NCBI GenBank assembly: GCA_050011055.1
Contig: JBEKJV010000002.1
Span: forward strand, 3,736 to 67,735
Length of the DNA stretch: 64,000 nt
Reading direction: 5' to 3'
Source: Nitrososphaerales archaeon
GTDB taxonomy: Archaea; Thermoproteota; Nitrososphaeria; Nitrososphaerales; Gagatemarchaeaceae
A model generated the notes under the pieces. The model saw nothing but the letters and a program-made list of their open reading frames with translations. It made no database searches and was not told the DNA's origin. How positions within the stretch are numbered: position 1 is the stretch's first letter; every line of letters starts with the position of its first letter. Positions 37,202-46,843 of this stretch are shown here, piece after piece. A program made the translations under genes and the position numbers.

Positions 37202-37360
37202 AATGACATCAGGCGTCGCACTACTACATAGCTCTTGTCGCCTCTCATTTCTTAGGAAGCCTAGACGTCGGTCGGGACTTCTTTGGCGCGCGCGGACAAG
37301 CGCATGCTACGTATCAGTATGGTTCGTGCATATTGAACGGAGTCTAAGCCATGTTGCGCT

Positions 37361-38353
37361 TCAGGTTTTCCTCGCCAATCTAGAGACTTGGACCCTCATT
37401 AGCTCCAGCGCCTCTTTCAGTACGTCTCGTTCTCGCACTAAGCCTAATTCCTTCATAAGTCTGTCCCCTAGTAGTCTATTCTTCTCTGTCGTAAACGCAC
37501 TGAGACTCACGCCTGTCTTGGTGGCCCGTCCTTCGCGTGTTGTCAACTGCCCTAGGGCGTTCAGCATCTCAATCCCAAGATAGGAATAGCATTCTGAATG
37601 CTCAATATTCCCATTCAATTCGCGGGCCTTCGAACTGACGCACTCGAACCGAGTGGCCGACCACCTTGACCCAAGGGCCCTAGTTCCCTCGTGACCCCCG
37701 CCAAGCACATCGTACAGCACTGCAACTCCGTCGAGCCTAGACTTGCAGCTCGTCCTCGACGAATTCCCCAGGCCCGCGCCTGTGGCGAATGACTCGTAAC
37801 TCTTCGGCGTCGACCTAGACTGGCCCTTGAGCTGGCCGAGGAGGTGGCTGGGGGACGGGGGGGTCTCCCCAGAATAGAGCAGTGAGTAGGCGTAATCGTA
37901 GGCAGCAAAGAGCAGCCAATAGTCTGCGTCGATTGCCGAGCCTTTGGAGAGTGCTTCCTCGACCCTGCCGAGCGACTTCAAAGCAGATGCGAGCCGCCGA
38001 CTGGAACTCCTTTTCGCCGAGCTGGCGAGAAGGGCTGTGTTCGAAGCTAGGCTTGTGGACAGGATCAACGAAGTGTCTCTGACCATCTTGGCGTGTGCCA
38101 GCGAGACAGAGTGTTCGCAATTCGAGGGCTTCAGAACTTCCTTTTCCGGCACGAAAACTAGGTCTACAAATACTTCACCGATCTTGACTGTCGAATTGGG
38201 GCGCTTTTCATTCGTAACCACGACGATGTCGAGTTCACATGACCGACGTTCGAGCCCACGGGCATGGCACCCGATGACAGCGAGGGCCGAGCTCCTGTAA
38301 GTGTCCAGAATCGGTCGGAGAAGTTGAGCAGCTGGTCCCTGAGCCTCTTTCAT
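37361..38353 (-). CDS. Nucleotidyltransferase-fold (MNT/KNTase-like) protein with a long helical C-terminal domain
   Basis: N-terminal SALAVIGCHARGLERRSCELDIVVVT resembles the G[SC]xxRG-x5-8-[DE]hDh minimal-NTase motif. A ~230-aa helical region follows. Confidence 0.5.
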   Translation of the reverse strand: MKEAQGPAAQLLRPILDTYRSSALAVIGCHARGLERRSCELDIVVVTNEKRPNSTVKIGEVFVDLVFVPEKEVLKPSNCEHSVSLAHAKMVRDTSLILSTSLASNTALLASSAKRSSSRRLASALKSLGRVEEALSKGSAIDADYWLLFAAYDYAYSLLYSGETPPSPSHLLGQLKGQSRSTPKSYESFATGAGLGNSSRTSCKSRLDGVAVLYDVLGGGHEGTRALGSRWSATRFECVSSKARELNGNIEHSECYSYLGIEMLNALGQLTTREGRATKTGVSLSAFTTEKNRLLGDRLMKELGLVRERDVLKEALELMRVQVSRLARKT

Positions 38354-38491
38354 GACGTTTCCATTTTCACTTTTGGCATCATCGGAAGAAGATTGAAAAG
38401 ATTCGTTAGCAGTCTGTAAACAGTCTGAACGGTTAGATTTTCTGCAAATCCTTCATGTGGACTTGAAGTATTCGGAATTCCTCCACAAAGC

Positions 38492-38498
38492 ATATATA
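38492..38498 (+). promoter_or_regulatory. TATA box (ATATATA) upstream of tfb
   Basis: About 50 nt upstream of ATG 38545. Two ATGs at 38500/38503 directly abut the box and are unlikely starts. Confidence 0.45.
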
Positions 38499-38544
38499 GA
38501 TGATGACGTTGACCTTCCTTGTAAAGATTTCGCTAGTGGTAGAA

Positions 38545-39483
38545 ATGTTTGGCGACAAGGACTTTTCTAGACTGATGAAGTTACAGAAGGCACTTGATAA
38601 GTGCCCACGATGCGGTAAGGGACCGATGGTAGTTGACACAGCTGGGGGAGAGCTATTCTGCGGCGCCTGCGGTTTCGTCGTCAAAGAGAAGATCGAGGAT
38701 GTCGGCCCAGAGTGGAGGTCGTTTTCGAAGGAAGAAAAGGACGATAGAAGCAGGGGAGGCATCCCAACCTCAATCGCGATGCACGACATGGGACTCGCGA
38801 CTGTTATCGGTGGCATAAACAAGGATGCCTCTGGGAAATCACTTTCCGCGTCTATGAAGGCAACGGTGGAGAGGCTTAGGACGTGGGACTCGCGCAGCCA
38901 AGTGCATGAGCCAGTCGACAGGAATTTGAGGCAGGCTTTCAGCGAGCTTGACAGACTTTCCGACAAGCTTTCGGTCTCCGACGCCGTCGTCGAGAAGGCG
39001 GCCTACATCTACAGAAAGGCACTGGAAAGAGGGTTGGTCAGGGGAAGGTCGATCTCTGCTATCATTGCCGCTTCCCTCTACGCAGCTTGCAGGGACACCC
39101 AGACGCCGAGGACGTTGAAAGACATGGCGGCTGTGAGCAACGTGAAGAAGAAGGACATCGCAAGGTGCTATAGGTTGCTTCTGAAGGAAATGGACATCAA
39201 GATGCCGGTCGTCGACCCTACAAAATGCGTCTCAAGGATTGCCTCGAAGGCAGGTCTCTCAGAGAAAACGAAGCGGAGGGCTTTGGAGATTCTGAAGAGG
39301 GCCGAGGAGACCAGGATCTCCGCAGGCAAGGACCCTATGGGCCTTGCGGCTGCAGCTCTCTATGTGGCGTGCACACTGGAGGGCGAGGACAAGACTCAGA
39401 AGGATGTGGCTGAAGCGGCAGGTGTCACCGAGGTCACGATAAGGAACAGGTACAAGGGCCTCCGGTCGGCCCTGGGCATCTAA
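38545..39483 (+). CDS. tfb: Transcription initiation factor B (TFIIB homologue)
   Basis: Zn ribbon CPRCGKGPMVVDTAGGELFCGACG, B-reader/linker, and two cyclin repeats ending in the BRE-reading HTH TQKDVAEAAGVTEVTIRNRYK. Confidence 0.93.
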   Translation: MFGDKDFSRLMKLQKALDKCPRCGKGPMVVDTAGGELFCGACGFVVKEKIEDVGPEWRSFSKEEKDDRSRGGIPTSIAMHDMGLATVIGGINKDASGKSLSASMKATVERLRTWDSRSQVHEPVDRNLRQAFSELDRLSDKLSVSDAVVEKAAYIYRKALERGLVRGRSISAIIAASLYAACRDTQTPRTLKDMAAVSNVKKKDIARCYRLLLKEMDIKMPVVDPTKCVSRIASKAGLSEKTKRRALEILKRAEETRISAGKDPMGLAAAALYVACTLEGEDKTQKDVAEAAGVTEVTIRNRYKGLRSALGI

Positions 39484-39487
39484 AACG

Positions 39488-40018
39488 TCAGTCTTCCCTG
39501 ACGAGTCGTTCTCTCTTTTTCTGCTCTAGTCTCTCTCTTGGGAACTGGATCGGGAAGTTCTCTGAGAGGATTCTGACATACGCATCGGTCTCGTCATCGT
39601 TCATGAACTGGAACATGTATCTGCCGGCGTAGGGAGAGGGCTCACCTTCTCTGCGCAGGAATTCGATGTGAATCAGTGGGTCCCCCTGCTTGATAGTTAT
39701 CGGGCTCCTCTCATTGCTCAGATTAACCAGCTCAAGAGCCAACCTCCCGACGAAACCGCTGTGCACCTTGACTGAATTGAGGAACGAAAGTCCGAGCCGC
39801 CCGAACCTGCTCTTGGAGGTTAGGTGGGCGACACAGTCAGGAGGGGTAAAGACGATTTCGCGGGAGATCATGTTCCGGTGCTCCAGATAGTTCAGCGTCC
39901 TGTCTTCCCTAACGGTCAGTACGTAGCCATCGCCGTCGAAAGCTCGGGGGTCTGACGGATAGATCGCCTTATACTTCGATACGAGATCCTTCAGTATCGA
40001 AGCACCGAGGACTGTCAT
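39488..40018 (-). CDS. dcd: dCTP deaminase family protein (dUTPase fold)
   Basis: HLTSKSRFGRLGLSFLNSVKVHSGFVGRLALELVNLSNERSPITIKQGDPLIHIEF matches the 'GkSs.aRlGl.v... idPGf.G..tLEl.N' pattern. ATG 40018 is preferred because it avoids overlap with the upstream gene. Confidence 0.8.
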   Translation of the reverse strand: MTVLGASILKDLVSKYKAIYPSDPRAFDGDGYVLTVREDRTLNYLEHRNMISREIVFTPPDCVAHLTSKSRFGRLGLSFLNSVKVHSGFVGRLALELVNLSNERSPITIKQGDPLIHIEFLRREGEPSPYAGRYMFQFMNDDETDAYVRILSENFPIQFPRERLEQKKRERLVRED

Positions 40019-40058
40019 TCCTATCGCATCATTCCCTCGAGTCAGTCGCTTATGAACT

Positions 40059-41093
40059 TCAAGCGAGAGTTGGGGGAGGCTTCCGCCATCGCCTAGAGAG
40101 CTTGGTCGCTCCGATGTATGCAATCGCTATCAGGCATCCTACTCCAAAGATCCCGAACACGTCCGCCATGACAACCTGTTGGAGGAGATATCCCGGAGAC
40201 GAGGCCCAGGGGATGCCGTATGCCCCCTGCCCGTAGAAGGCGAAGACGCTGGGGAGATAGTCGATGCCCCAGTGCGCCAGAACCGCGACGTGGAACCCGT
40301 ACCTGACATAGAGGTACCCGAGGACGATCCCCCCATAGATCGCTTCCGGCAGCTTCCCGATGTCCCAGCCCCCACCACCGCATACTACGTGGCAGGCGCC
40401 GAAGGTGCCCGCGCTGAAGGCGCCTGCAGCCCAGATCACGACTAGGGCGAGGGTGTTGTTGTCGACGCCCTCATAGGCGACGGAAGGACGCCAGAGTATT
40501 CTCAGGGCCGACGTTCCCGGCCGCGGAAGAGCGACGACTGACGCCGCTATTCCGATCAAGAGGACTCTGAATCCGAACTCTTCTCTGAGTGGCGCGAGTG
40601 TCAACCCGATGAAGGTATGCAAGTCGTCACCTCCACTGAAGGGGTTTCCGATTGGCGGCCCGAAAGATGAGACCACTTCGTCCACCAGCCCTGCGGTGAA
40701 GACGAGGAACCCGATTGCTACTAGCGTCAGTAGTGCCCGGTTAGACAGGAACTCTTCGTAGCTGCGCCTGAGTCCTGAGGAGACGGCGGAGGGTAGACTC
40801 TTCCCCTGGAAGATGGTCAAGACGAACATCATCACGTAAATGACGACGACGGCGATGAATGCCACCCCGTACATGACTGGGATAGGCACGAGGACAGCGA
40901 TCGGGCCGAGCCAAAGGAAGGGATACCCAAGAGTGCTGGCGGTCGAGTTGGACAGGTGGGTGAAGAAGACAGTGTACACGCCAAGTGGGAAGGAGAGCAC
41001 CACTAGGAGTGCCGTCAACGAAAGCAGAATCAGGAAGAACGCCGCTAGTACCGACCCAAAGAGTCCATGCGTCGGTTCTCTGTCAGCCTCCAA
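40059..41093 (-). CDS. CPBP-family (CAAX/Abi) intramembrane glutamic metalloprotease
   Basis: Motif 1 REEFGFRVLL (EExxxR), motif 2 FGACH (FxxxH), motif 3 AHWGIDY (HxxxD/N), and at least 7 TM helices. Confidence 0.8.
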   Translation of the reverse strand: MEADREPTHGLFGSVLAAFFLILLSLTALLVVLSFPLGVYTVFFTHLSNSTASTLGYPFLWLGPIAVLVPIPVMYGVAFIAVVVIYVMMFVLTIFQGKSLPSAVSSGLRRSYEEFLSNRALLTLVAIGFLVFTAGLVDEVVSSFGPPIGNPFSGGDDLHTFIGLTLAPLREEFGFRVLLIGIAASVVALPRPGTSALRILWRPSVAYEGVDNNTLALVVIWAAGAFSAGTFGACHVVCGGGGWDIGKLPEAIYGGIVLGYLYVRYGFHVAVLAHWGIDYLPSVFAFYGQGAYGIPWASSPGYLLQQVVMADVFGIFGVGCLIAIAYIGATKLSRRWRKPPPTLA

Positions 41094-41095
41094 AC

Positions 41096-41389
41096 TTAAG
41101 GATCCTCGTGAGCCTCATCCGAAGTCTTCTCGAGAAAGGCGGTCCCCGTGTACCCGCAGTTCGGACAATAGTAGCTCATGGGGATCAACCAGCCTCCGAA
41201 CTTGCTCGCGTTCTTGACAGGATGTAGGCAGCGAGGGCAGAGCTTCTGGGCGGGCTTCAGGGGGCTCCTCCTCACAAACTTCGGTCGGCCATCGTCTCGG
41301 TCGCTCTCGGGCTGCACGCCGATACCGACACTCCTACCGGGGTTAAAACCGTTCCAAGGAAATACTGGCCTCACTAGGAGTGTGTGCAT
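41096..41389 (-). CDS. Hypothetical zinc-ribbon protein, directly upstream of the CPBP protease (2-nt gap)
   Basis: CPRCLHPV...(17)...CPNCGYTG. The start codon is uncertain. Confidence 0.45.
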   Translation of the reverse strand: MHTLLVRPVFPWNGFNPGRSVGIGVQPESDRDDGRPKFVRRSPLKPAQKLCPRCLHPVKNASKFGGWLIPMSYYCPNCGYTGTAFLEKTSDEAHEDP

Positions 41390-41549
41390 CGCTATGCCGG
41401 CAGGTCCTCCACTGTAGAGATACGGACCAGCAGATCACACTTCCGGAACTGCGGGGGACTCCCCGATTGCGAGGACCTGTCGGGCTTCTCGAAGTGACTT
41501 CCTGCCCTGGTTGCTGATTGGCTCCGCGTCCGATCCTCTTCGGATTGGC

Positions 41550-42326
41550 TTAGCTGCTTGACTGGTTGCTGAAGACCGAGAAGGCCTGATCGGCCGTGGC
41601 ACCCTCATGGACGACCGCTCGGACGGCCTTGATCATCCCCACCGGGTTCGATGACTGGAAGATGTTCCTTCCCATGTCGACTCCCGCGGCTCCCCTGGAT
41701 ACCGCCTTCGACGCGAGCTCTAGCGCCTCCCTTTCGGGCAGCTTCTTCCCACCTGCGATGACCACAGGTACGGGGCATGAGTTGACGACCTTCTCGAAGT
41801 CCTCGCAGTAGTACGTCTTTACGACCTGAGCGCCCAGCTCCGCTGCCATGCGGCAGGCCAGCCCGAGATACCTAGCGTCTCTGTTCATCTCCCTTCCAAT
41901 GGCAGTGACCGCAAGCACGGGCATCCCATATCTTTCCCCCTCGTCGACAAGATGAGAGAGGTTCATCAGCGACTCTTTCTCGTGTTCTGAACCGACGAAG
42001 ACAGAGACCGCGACCGCGGATGCGTTGAGCCTGATCGCCTCCTCTATGGACGTGGTGACTCCCTCGTTCGACAACTCCTTTAGGATGCTCGCGCCTCCTG
42101 AAACCCTCAGAATCACTGGGACGTCTTGTCCCGGGTCGACCGAGGTCCTGAGGACTCCCCTGGTCAGCATTAGCGAGTCCGCATAGGGAACGAGCGGTGT
42201 GATCGTCTTTCTTGGATTCTCCAGCCCTGTCGTCGGCCCCTGGAAGTACCCGTGGTCTACAGCCAGCATGACGGTCTTCCCCGATTTCATAATGCGGGAG
42301 AACCTGTTGTCCTTGCCCCAGTCCAC
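41550..42326 (-). CDS. Class I aldolase of the DhnA/FbaB (archaeal fructose-bisphosphate aldolase / ADH synthase) family
   Basis: [38 protein letters not shown] (Schiff-base Lys region), and VVIAGGKK. Confidence 0.65.
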   Translation of the reverse strand: MDWGKDNRFSRIMKSGKTVMLAVDHGYFQGPTTGLENPRKTITPLVPYADSLMLTRGVLRTSVDPGQDVPVILRVSGGASILKELSNEGVTTSIEEAIRLNASAVAVSVFVGSEHEKESLMNLSHLVDEGERYGMPVLAVTAIGREMNRDARYLGLACRMAAELGAQVVKTYYCEDFEKVVNSCPVPVVIAGGKKLPEREALELASKAVSRGAAGVDMGRNIFQSSNPVGMIKAVRAVVHEGATADQAFSVFSNQSSS

Positions 42327-42492
42327 TGCTAACCCCTCGCCTTACGGGGCAGTGAGCGCTGTGCCGGCATTTTAAGTGTGACTGCGCTAACTACATTGAT
42401 TGGAACTGCGTTGAAACAAAGAGCAGCGAATCTGATTGCGCTGGCAAGGACGCGAGCGTGAACAACCAGGGCGCGCGCTCTGTCTCCATCGT

Positions 42493-43530
42493 CTAGGGGG
42501 TAATGACGACCTTCATTCCCGCCCCGGAGGTGGACGTTTCAACTGCCCTGGCAAACTCCGCTATCGGGAAGGTGTGGGTGATGACGTGCCTGAACTTCTC
42601 TCTGTCAGCCGCAATCAGACCAAGTGCCGTTGCGGTCTCAGCATCGGTCGCGCCGTAGCTGGGCACCAACGAAATCTCAGAGTTGTAGAGGTCGCTGAGG
42701 TCGTAGTCGAGGACTGAGCCCTTTGCGGGAACTCCGAAGAGACAGAGTCGACCGCCTTTCCTAACGGACTTCAGGGCCTGCAAGACTGCTTTCGGACTCC
42801 CCGAGGCGACAATAGCAACATCGGCGCCTCTGTCAGCCGTGCTCTGCCTAACCTCTTTGGCGACATCCTGCTTCCCGGCGTCGATGACGCATTCGACTCT
42901 GGACTTCTCGGCGAACCGAAGTCTCGGTTCGCTGACATCGCTGATCATTACCTTGGCGCCCCTCGAACGGAGCAGGATGGAGTGGAGGATCCCGACTGGA
43001 CCAGCCCCCACGACCAGGACGCTGTCGCCCTCGTTCACCTTGCACTTGTCTAGGGCCCTGACACAGCACCCAGCTGGCTCGATTAGGCTGGCTTCCTCGA
43101 AGCCGAGAAGGGGGGGCAGAGTGAGAATCCCCCCTTTGCTCACGTTCCATTTGGGAACCCTGAAGAACTCTGAGAAGCCTCCGGGGTAGATGTTGCTGCT
43201 CTTGTATTCCTCGCACGCAGTCTCGTTCCCGTGGAGACAGTAGTAGCACTCGTAGCATGGGACATGGTGGTGAGCGAAGACCCTGTCTCCCTCTCGAATG
43301 CCGACCACGCCCTTACCCAACGAGGCCACGACCCCGACTGCTTCATGCCCGAGGATTGGCAGGGCTGCGGTGTATTCTCCCCGAGCCTTCTCGATATCGG
43401 TTCCGCAGAGACCACACGCCTTCATCTCGACTAGGAGTTCGCCCGCACCAGCCTCGGGAGTTGGAACCTCCGAAACCTCGGCGCCGATTGTGCCTGGGGC
43501 TCTAGGCTTCCTCAAGAGGACTGTCTTCAT
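42493..43530 (-). CDS. Zinc-dependent medium-chain alcohol/threonine/sorbitol dehydrogenase
   Basis: CGLCGTDIEK, GHEAVGVVASLG, structural-Zn Cys cluster CYECYYCLHGNETAC, and Rossmann VLVVGAGPVG. Confidence 0.85.
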   Translation of the reverse strand: MKTVLLRKPRAPGTIGAEVSEVPTPEAGAGELLVEMKACGLCGTDIEKARGEYTAALPILGHEAVGVVASLGKGVVGIREGDRVFAHHHVPCYECYYCLHGNETACEEYKSSNIYPGGFSEFFRVPKWNVSKGGILTLPPLLGFEEASLIEPAGCCVRALDKCKVNEGDSVLVVGAGPVGILHSILLRSRGAKVMISDVSEPRLRFAEKSRVECVIDAGKQDVAKEVRQSTADRGADVAIVASGSPKAVLQALKSVRKGGRLCLFGVPAKGSVLDYDLSDLYNSEISLVPSYGATDAETATALGLIAADREKFRHVITHTFPIAEFARAVETSTSGAGMKVVITP

Positions 43531-43722
43531 TCGCTATCACTACGCCGCGCGTCGAGCCGAGGATATAAGCGAACCAGGGTCCGCGAGTGGCCAAGAGCGT
43601 GGGCTCTCGACCGTGGCAGATCTCTCTGCGACTCTGGTAGAATGCGATGCGGCTACAATTCGCGCAACAGACTCTATCTTAAAATCCAGGGGTTGCGTGT
43701 CGTGGGAAGAGGAACCCCATAA

Positions 43723-44820
43723 TTGGGACTGCCAGAGAAGATCAAGAAGATAGAGGACGACATCCACAGAACGCAGGTCAACAAGAAGACGGAGCACCAC
43801 ATCGGACTGCTGAGGGCGAAGCTTTCCAGGCTGAAGGCCGAGCAGGAGGAGCAGCAGGCCCGGCGTGTAGGAAGCAGGACGGGGTACGACATCAAGAAGT
43901 CGGGGGACGCGACGGTGGTGCTGATCGGGCTCCCGAGCGTAGGCAAGTCCACCCTGCTCAACAGGCTCACCAATGCGAAGTCAAAGGTTGCCCCTTACCA
44001 ATTCACCACTCTGGAGGTTGTACCTGGGGTGATGGAGTACAACGGGGCGCGCATCCAGGTCCTCGACCTGCCTGGAATAGTCAAGGGCGCCTCCTCGGGC
44101 AAGGGCCTTGGCAAGCGTGTGCTCGCCGTGGCCAGGAGCGCGGATCTAGTCCTATTCATCCTCGACGTCTTCCAGCCCGAAGCGCGGGGCATCCTTGAGA
44201 AGGAGCTCAGGAGCGCCGGGATTAGGGTGGACGAGAGGCCTCCCAACGTCGTGATCGAAAGGACGGACTCAGGTGGCCTTGCCGTGTCGGCACAGGTGAA
44301 GCTCACCAAGGTTAGTGAGGCGCTGATTAAGGACATCCTGAGAGTCTACGATGTCAACAGCGGTAGGGTGCTCGTCAGGGATGACATTGACGACGAGCAG
44401 CTCCTCGACGTGTTGGCCGGGAACAGAACCTATATTCCCTCTCTTACGGTCATGAACAAGATCGACCTCGTGAACTCGGGTTTCACCAGCGAGCTGACCC
44501 GGAAGCTCCCCTACAGGTTCATCCCGATCTCGGCCGAGGCCGACCTCAACCTGGAGACGGTGAGGATGGAGATCTACGGGCGACTCGATTTCGTGAGGAT
44601 CTACATGCGACGGCGGACAGGAGAGACCGACTTCGAGGAACCGATGATAGTCAAGAACGGCACCACTATACTGGAGGTCTGCGACAAGGTTCACAGGAAC
44701 ATGAAGAGTGACTTCAGGTATGCGCAAATCTGGGGCAAGAGCGTCCGGTTCGGCGGGCAGAGGGTCGGGATGAACCACAGGCTGATGGACCAGGATGTCC
44801 TGACCATAGTGACCAGATAA
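43723..44820 (+). CDS. Developmentally regulated GTP-binding protein (DRG/Obg-like GTPase with a TGS domain)
   Basis: G1 GLPSVGKSTLLNRLT, G3 DLPGIV, G4 NKIDL, and a C-terminal TGS domain (VRFGGQRVGMNHRLMDQDVLTIV). Confidence 0.9.
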   Translation: MGLPEKIKKIEDDIHRTQVNKKTEHHIGLLRAKLSRLKAEQEEQQARRVGSRTGYDIKKSGDATVVLIGLPSVGKSTLLNRLTNAKSKVAPYQFTTLEVVPGVMEYNGARIQVLDLPGIVKGASSGKGLGKRVLAVARSADLVLFILDVFQPEARGILEKELRSAGIRVDERPPNVVIERTDSGGLAVSAQVKLTKVSEALIKDILRVYDVNSGRVLVRDDIDDEQLLDVLAGNRTYIPSLTVMNKIDLVNSGFTSELTRKLPYRFIPISAEADLNLETVRMEIYGRLDFVRIYMRRRTGETDFEEPMIVKNGTTILEVCDKVHRNMKSDFRYAQIWGKSVRFGGQRVGMNHRLMDQDVLTIVTR

Positions 44821-44870
44821 CGGGAGACGCTATGCTAACATGGGTTGCGCTGCCCATGATCAAGGACTCA

Positions 44871-46835
44871 TCAGGACAGCTGCGAGGGCTTGATGTAGTC
44901 GCCGTGCCTAGAGCGGGCGTCGAGGAGCCTGGCGCGCTGTTCCCCGATGATGTCATAGAGCCTCGTGGGGACGTGGTCCATGCCCCTGAACGCGCGCTCT
45001 ATCCTGTCCAGCTTCGCCAGCCTTTCCGCTACCCTGATCGTGAACTGCACTTCGTAGTCCTCCAGGGCGTAGCCCTTCCCGAGGACATCGGCGAAGAGCC
45101 TCCTTAGGTCGGCATAGAGGGGCATCCTCCCTGTCGGCGTTTCGATGACGCCCACTTCATCATGAGTCCTGAGCTCCATCCACTTGAACCAGACGCGTTT
45201 GTCCGTCTTGTCGTTGAGGAACTTCCCCTCCTTGCTCCTGAGGAAGTAGTTCACTCCGAAGATCCTCGGAGGCTGCTCGAGGCCCTGACCGAACTTGATG
45301 TTGCCCTCGACGTACCTCCCCACCGGTATGGATAGGAAATCGAGGTTGGACATGGGGTTGAACTCACGGACTCCCTCCTTCCCCAAGGTGGCGGCCGTGG
45401 TCTCGGATTCCAGGCATGCGCCGAAGGTGACAATGCCATGGTCCCATCCCAGCGACTCTTCCACCGGGACACACGTGTCGGAGTCACGGCCTCCGTAGAC
45501 GATGGCGCCCACTTGCACGCCAGCGGCGTCGTCCATGACTGGATCTAGGTTGCTGAACAAGTCCAGTGAGACTGTGAAGCGGGCGTTCAGGTGAGAGACT
45601 GGTATCTCCTTCCCCTTCTCATCCTTCTTCCCCGGCCACCATTCGCCGCTGAAGTTCTTCCCCCTGGGCGGCGGCGCTCCGCCCATCCCGTCCCAGAAGA
45701 CGCCACCATCGGGGGTCACAAGTACGTTCGAGAATATGATTTCCCCGGGGCTATGGAGGACCTTCCACTGAACGGAGTCGTCTTTCGGATTGATCCCCTG
45801 GATGATGCCGAACACGCCCTTCTCGACATTGACGGCCCGCACGCGTCCGTCCACCCTGCGGAGGTAGGCGATGTCATCGCCGACTATCTTCTCCCCTTCG
45901 AGCATGGCTGTGGAGGTCTTTCCACACATTGACGGGAACGCACCCGTGAAGTAGGTCCTTCTACCTGCGGGGCCGTTGACGCCCATCACCAGCATGTGCT
46001 CGGTGAGCCATCCTTCCTTGGACGCCCTTTGGATGGCCAGCCTCATGGCGAGCTTCTTCAGTCCGATGGAGTTGCCTCCGTACTGCGTGTTGACTGTGTA
46101 GACAATCTCTCCATCGAGGTCGATGTAGATCCTCCTCTTGCCCAGGTTCTTGCACGTCTTGCGCTCGTCGAGCTCTCCTTCTGAATGCACGAACTTGAAG
46201 GGCCTGGCGGCTGCTCCCTGACGAAGGAACTCCTCGTACCCCTGACGGTAGAGGATGTTCTCGCTGTGGACGACAAAGCTGGAGTCGGTCAGCTGGACAC
46301 AGGGAATCGAGAAGACTGAGCCGATAGGACCAAGGCAGTAGAACGAGACGAACATGCGGCGGCCTGCCATGATGCCACCGAGGAGAGACCGAACCTCCTT
46401 GACCCTCTCCAGCCTGTCCCCGGTTCGGATGCCGGGGCCTAGGTTTGCCCCTCCCGGGACCAGTATCAGAGTGTGTTCGCGGTCTCTCCCCTGGTCGTAA
46501 TAGCTCTCGAAGTGGGCCGTATGACCTTCGACCGAAAGCCGGGACTCCTCCCCATCGGCGACAGCCGAGTCCCTGACGAACTGCAGGTCTTCGGGCGTGC
46601 TGGCGGAGACGTAGACGCTGGCTGGGTTGCAGAGCTCGACGTACTCTGCGACGAATTCAAGGACGGCGTCGCTGTGGATCACCTCGAGGCGGGCAAAGTC
46701 CCTGGGAGACAGACGATCTTTGAGAAACCCCGATGCGCTACTCTTGATGGCTGCCAAGAATTCCCCGAAGTGCAGAATAGCCGATAAGGCTATTTTAGGG
46801 TTCAGGATCCTAGTCTCTTGTGTCCAGTAATTCAT
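44871..46835 (-). CDS. pckG: Phosphoenolpyruvate carboxykinase (GTP)
   Basis: Kinase-1a GAFPSMCGKTS, HLNARFT, and IVYGGRDSD. Size is about 650 aa. Confidence 0.93.
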   Translation of the reverse strand: MNYWTQETRILNPKIALSAILHFGEFLAAIKSSASGFLKDRLSPRDFARLEVIHSDAVLEFVAEYVELCNPASVYVSASTPEDLQFVRDSAVADGEESRLSVEGHTAHFESYYDQGRDREHTLILVPGGANLGPGIRTGDRLERVKEVRSLLGGIMAGRRMFVSFYCLGPIGSVFSIPCVQLTDSSFVVHSENILYRQGYEEFLRQGAAARPFKFVHSEGELDERKTCKNLGKRRIYIDLDGEIVYTVNTQYGGNSIGLKKLAMRLAIQRASKEGWLTEHMLVMGVNGPAGRRTYFTGAFPSMCGKTSTAMLEGEKIVGDDIAYLRRVDGRVRAVNVEKGVFGIIQGINPKDDSVQWKVLHSPGEIIFSNVLVTPDGGVFWDGMGGAPPPRGKNFSGEWWPGKKDEKGKEIPVSHLNARFTVSLDLFSNLDPVMDDAAGVQVGAIVYGGRDSDTCVPVEESLGWDHGIVTFGACLESETTAATLGKEGVREFNPMSNLDFLSIPVGRYVEGNIKFGQGLEQPPRIFGVNYFLRSKEGKFLNDKTDKRVWFKWMELRTHDEVGVIETPTGRMPLYADLRRLFADVLGKGYALEDYEVQFTIRVAERLAKLDRIERAFRGMDHVPTRLYDIIGEQRARLLDARSRHGDYIKPSQLS

Positions 46836-46843
46836 GACGGGGG

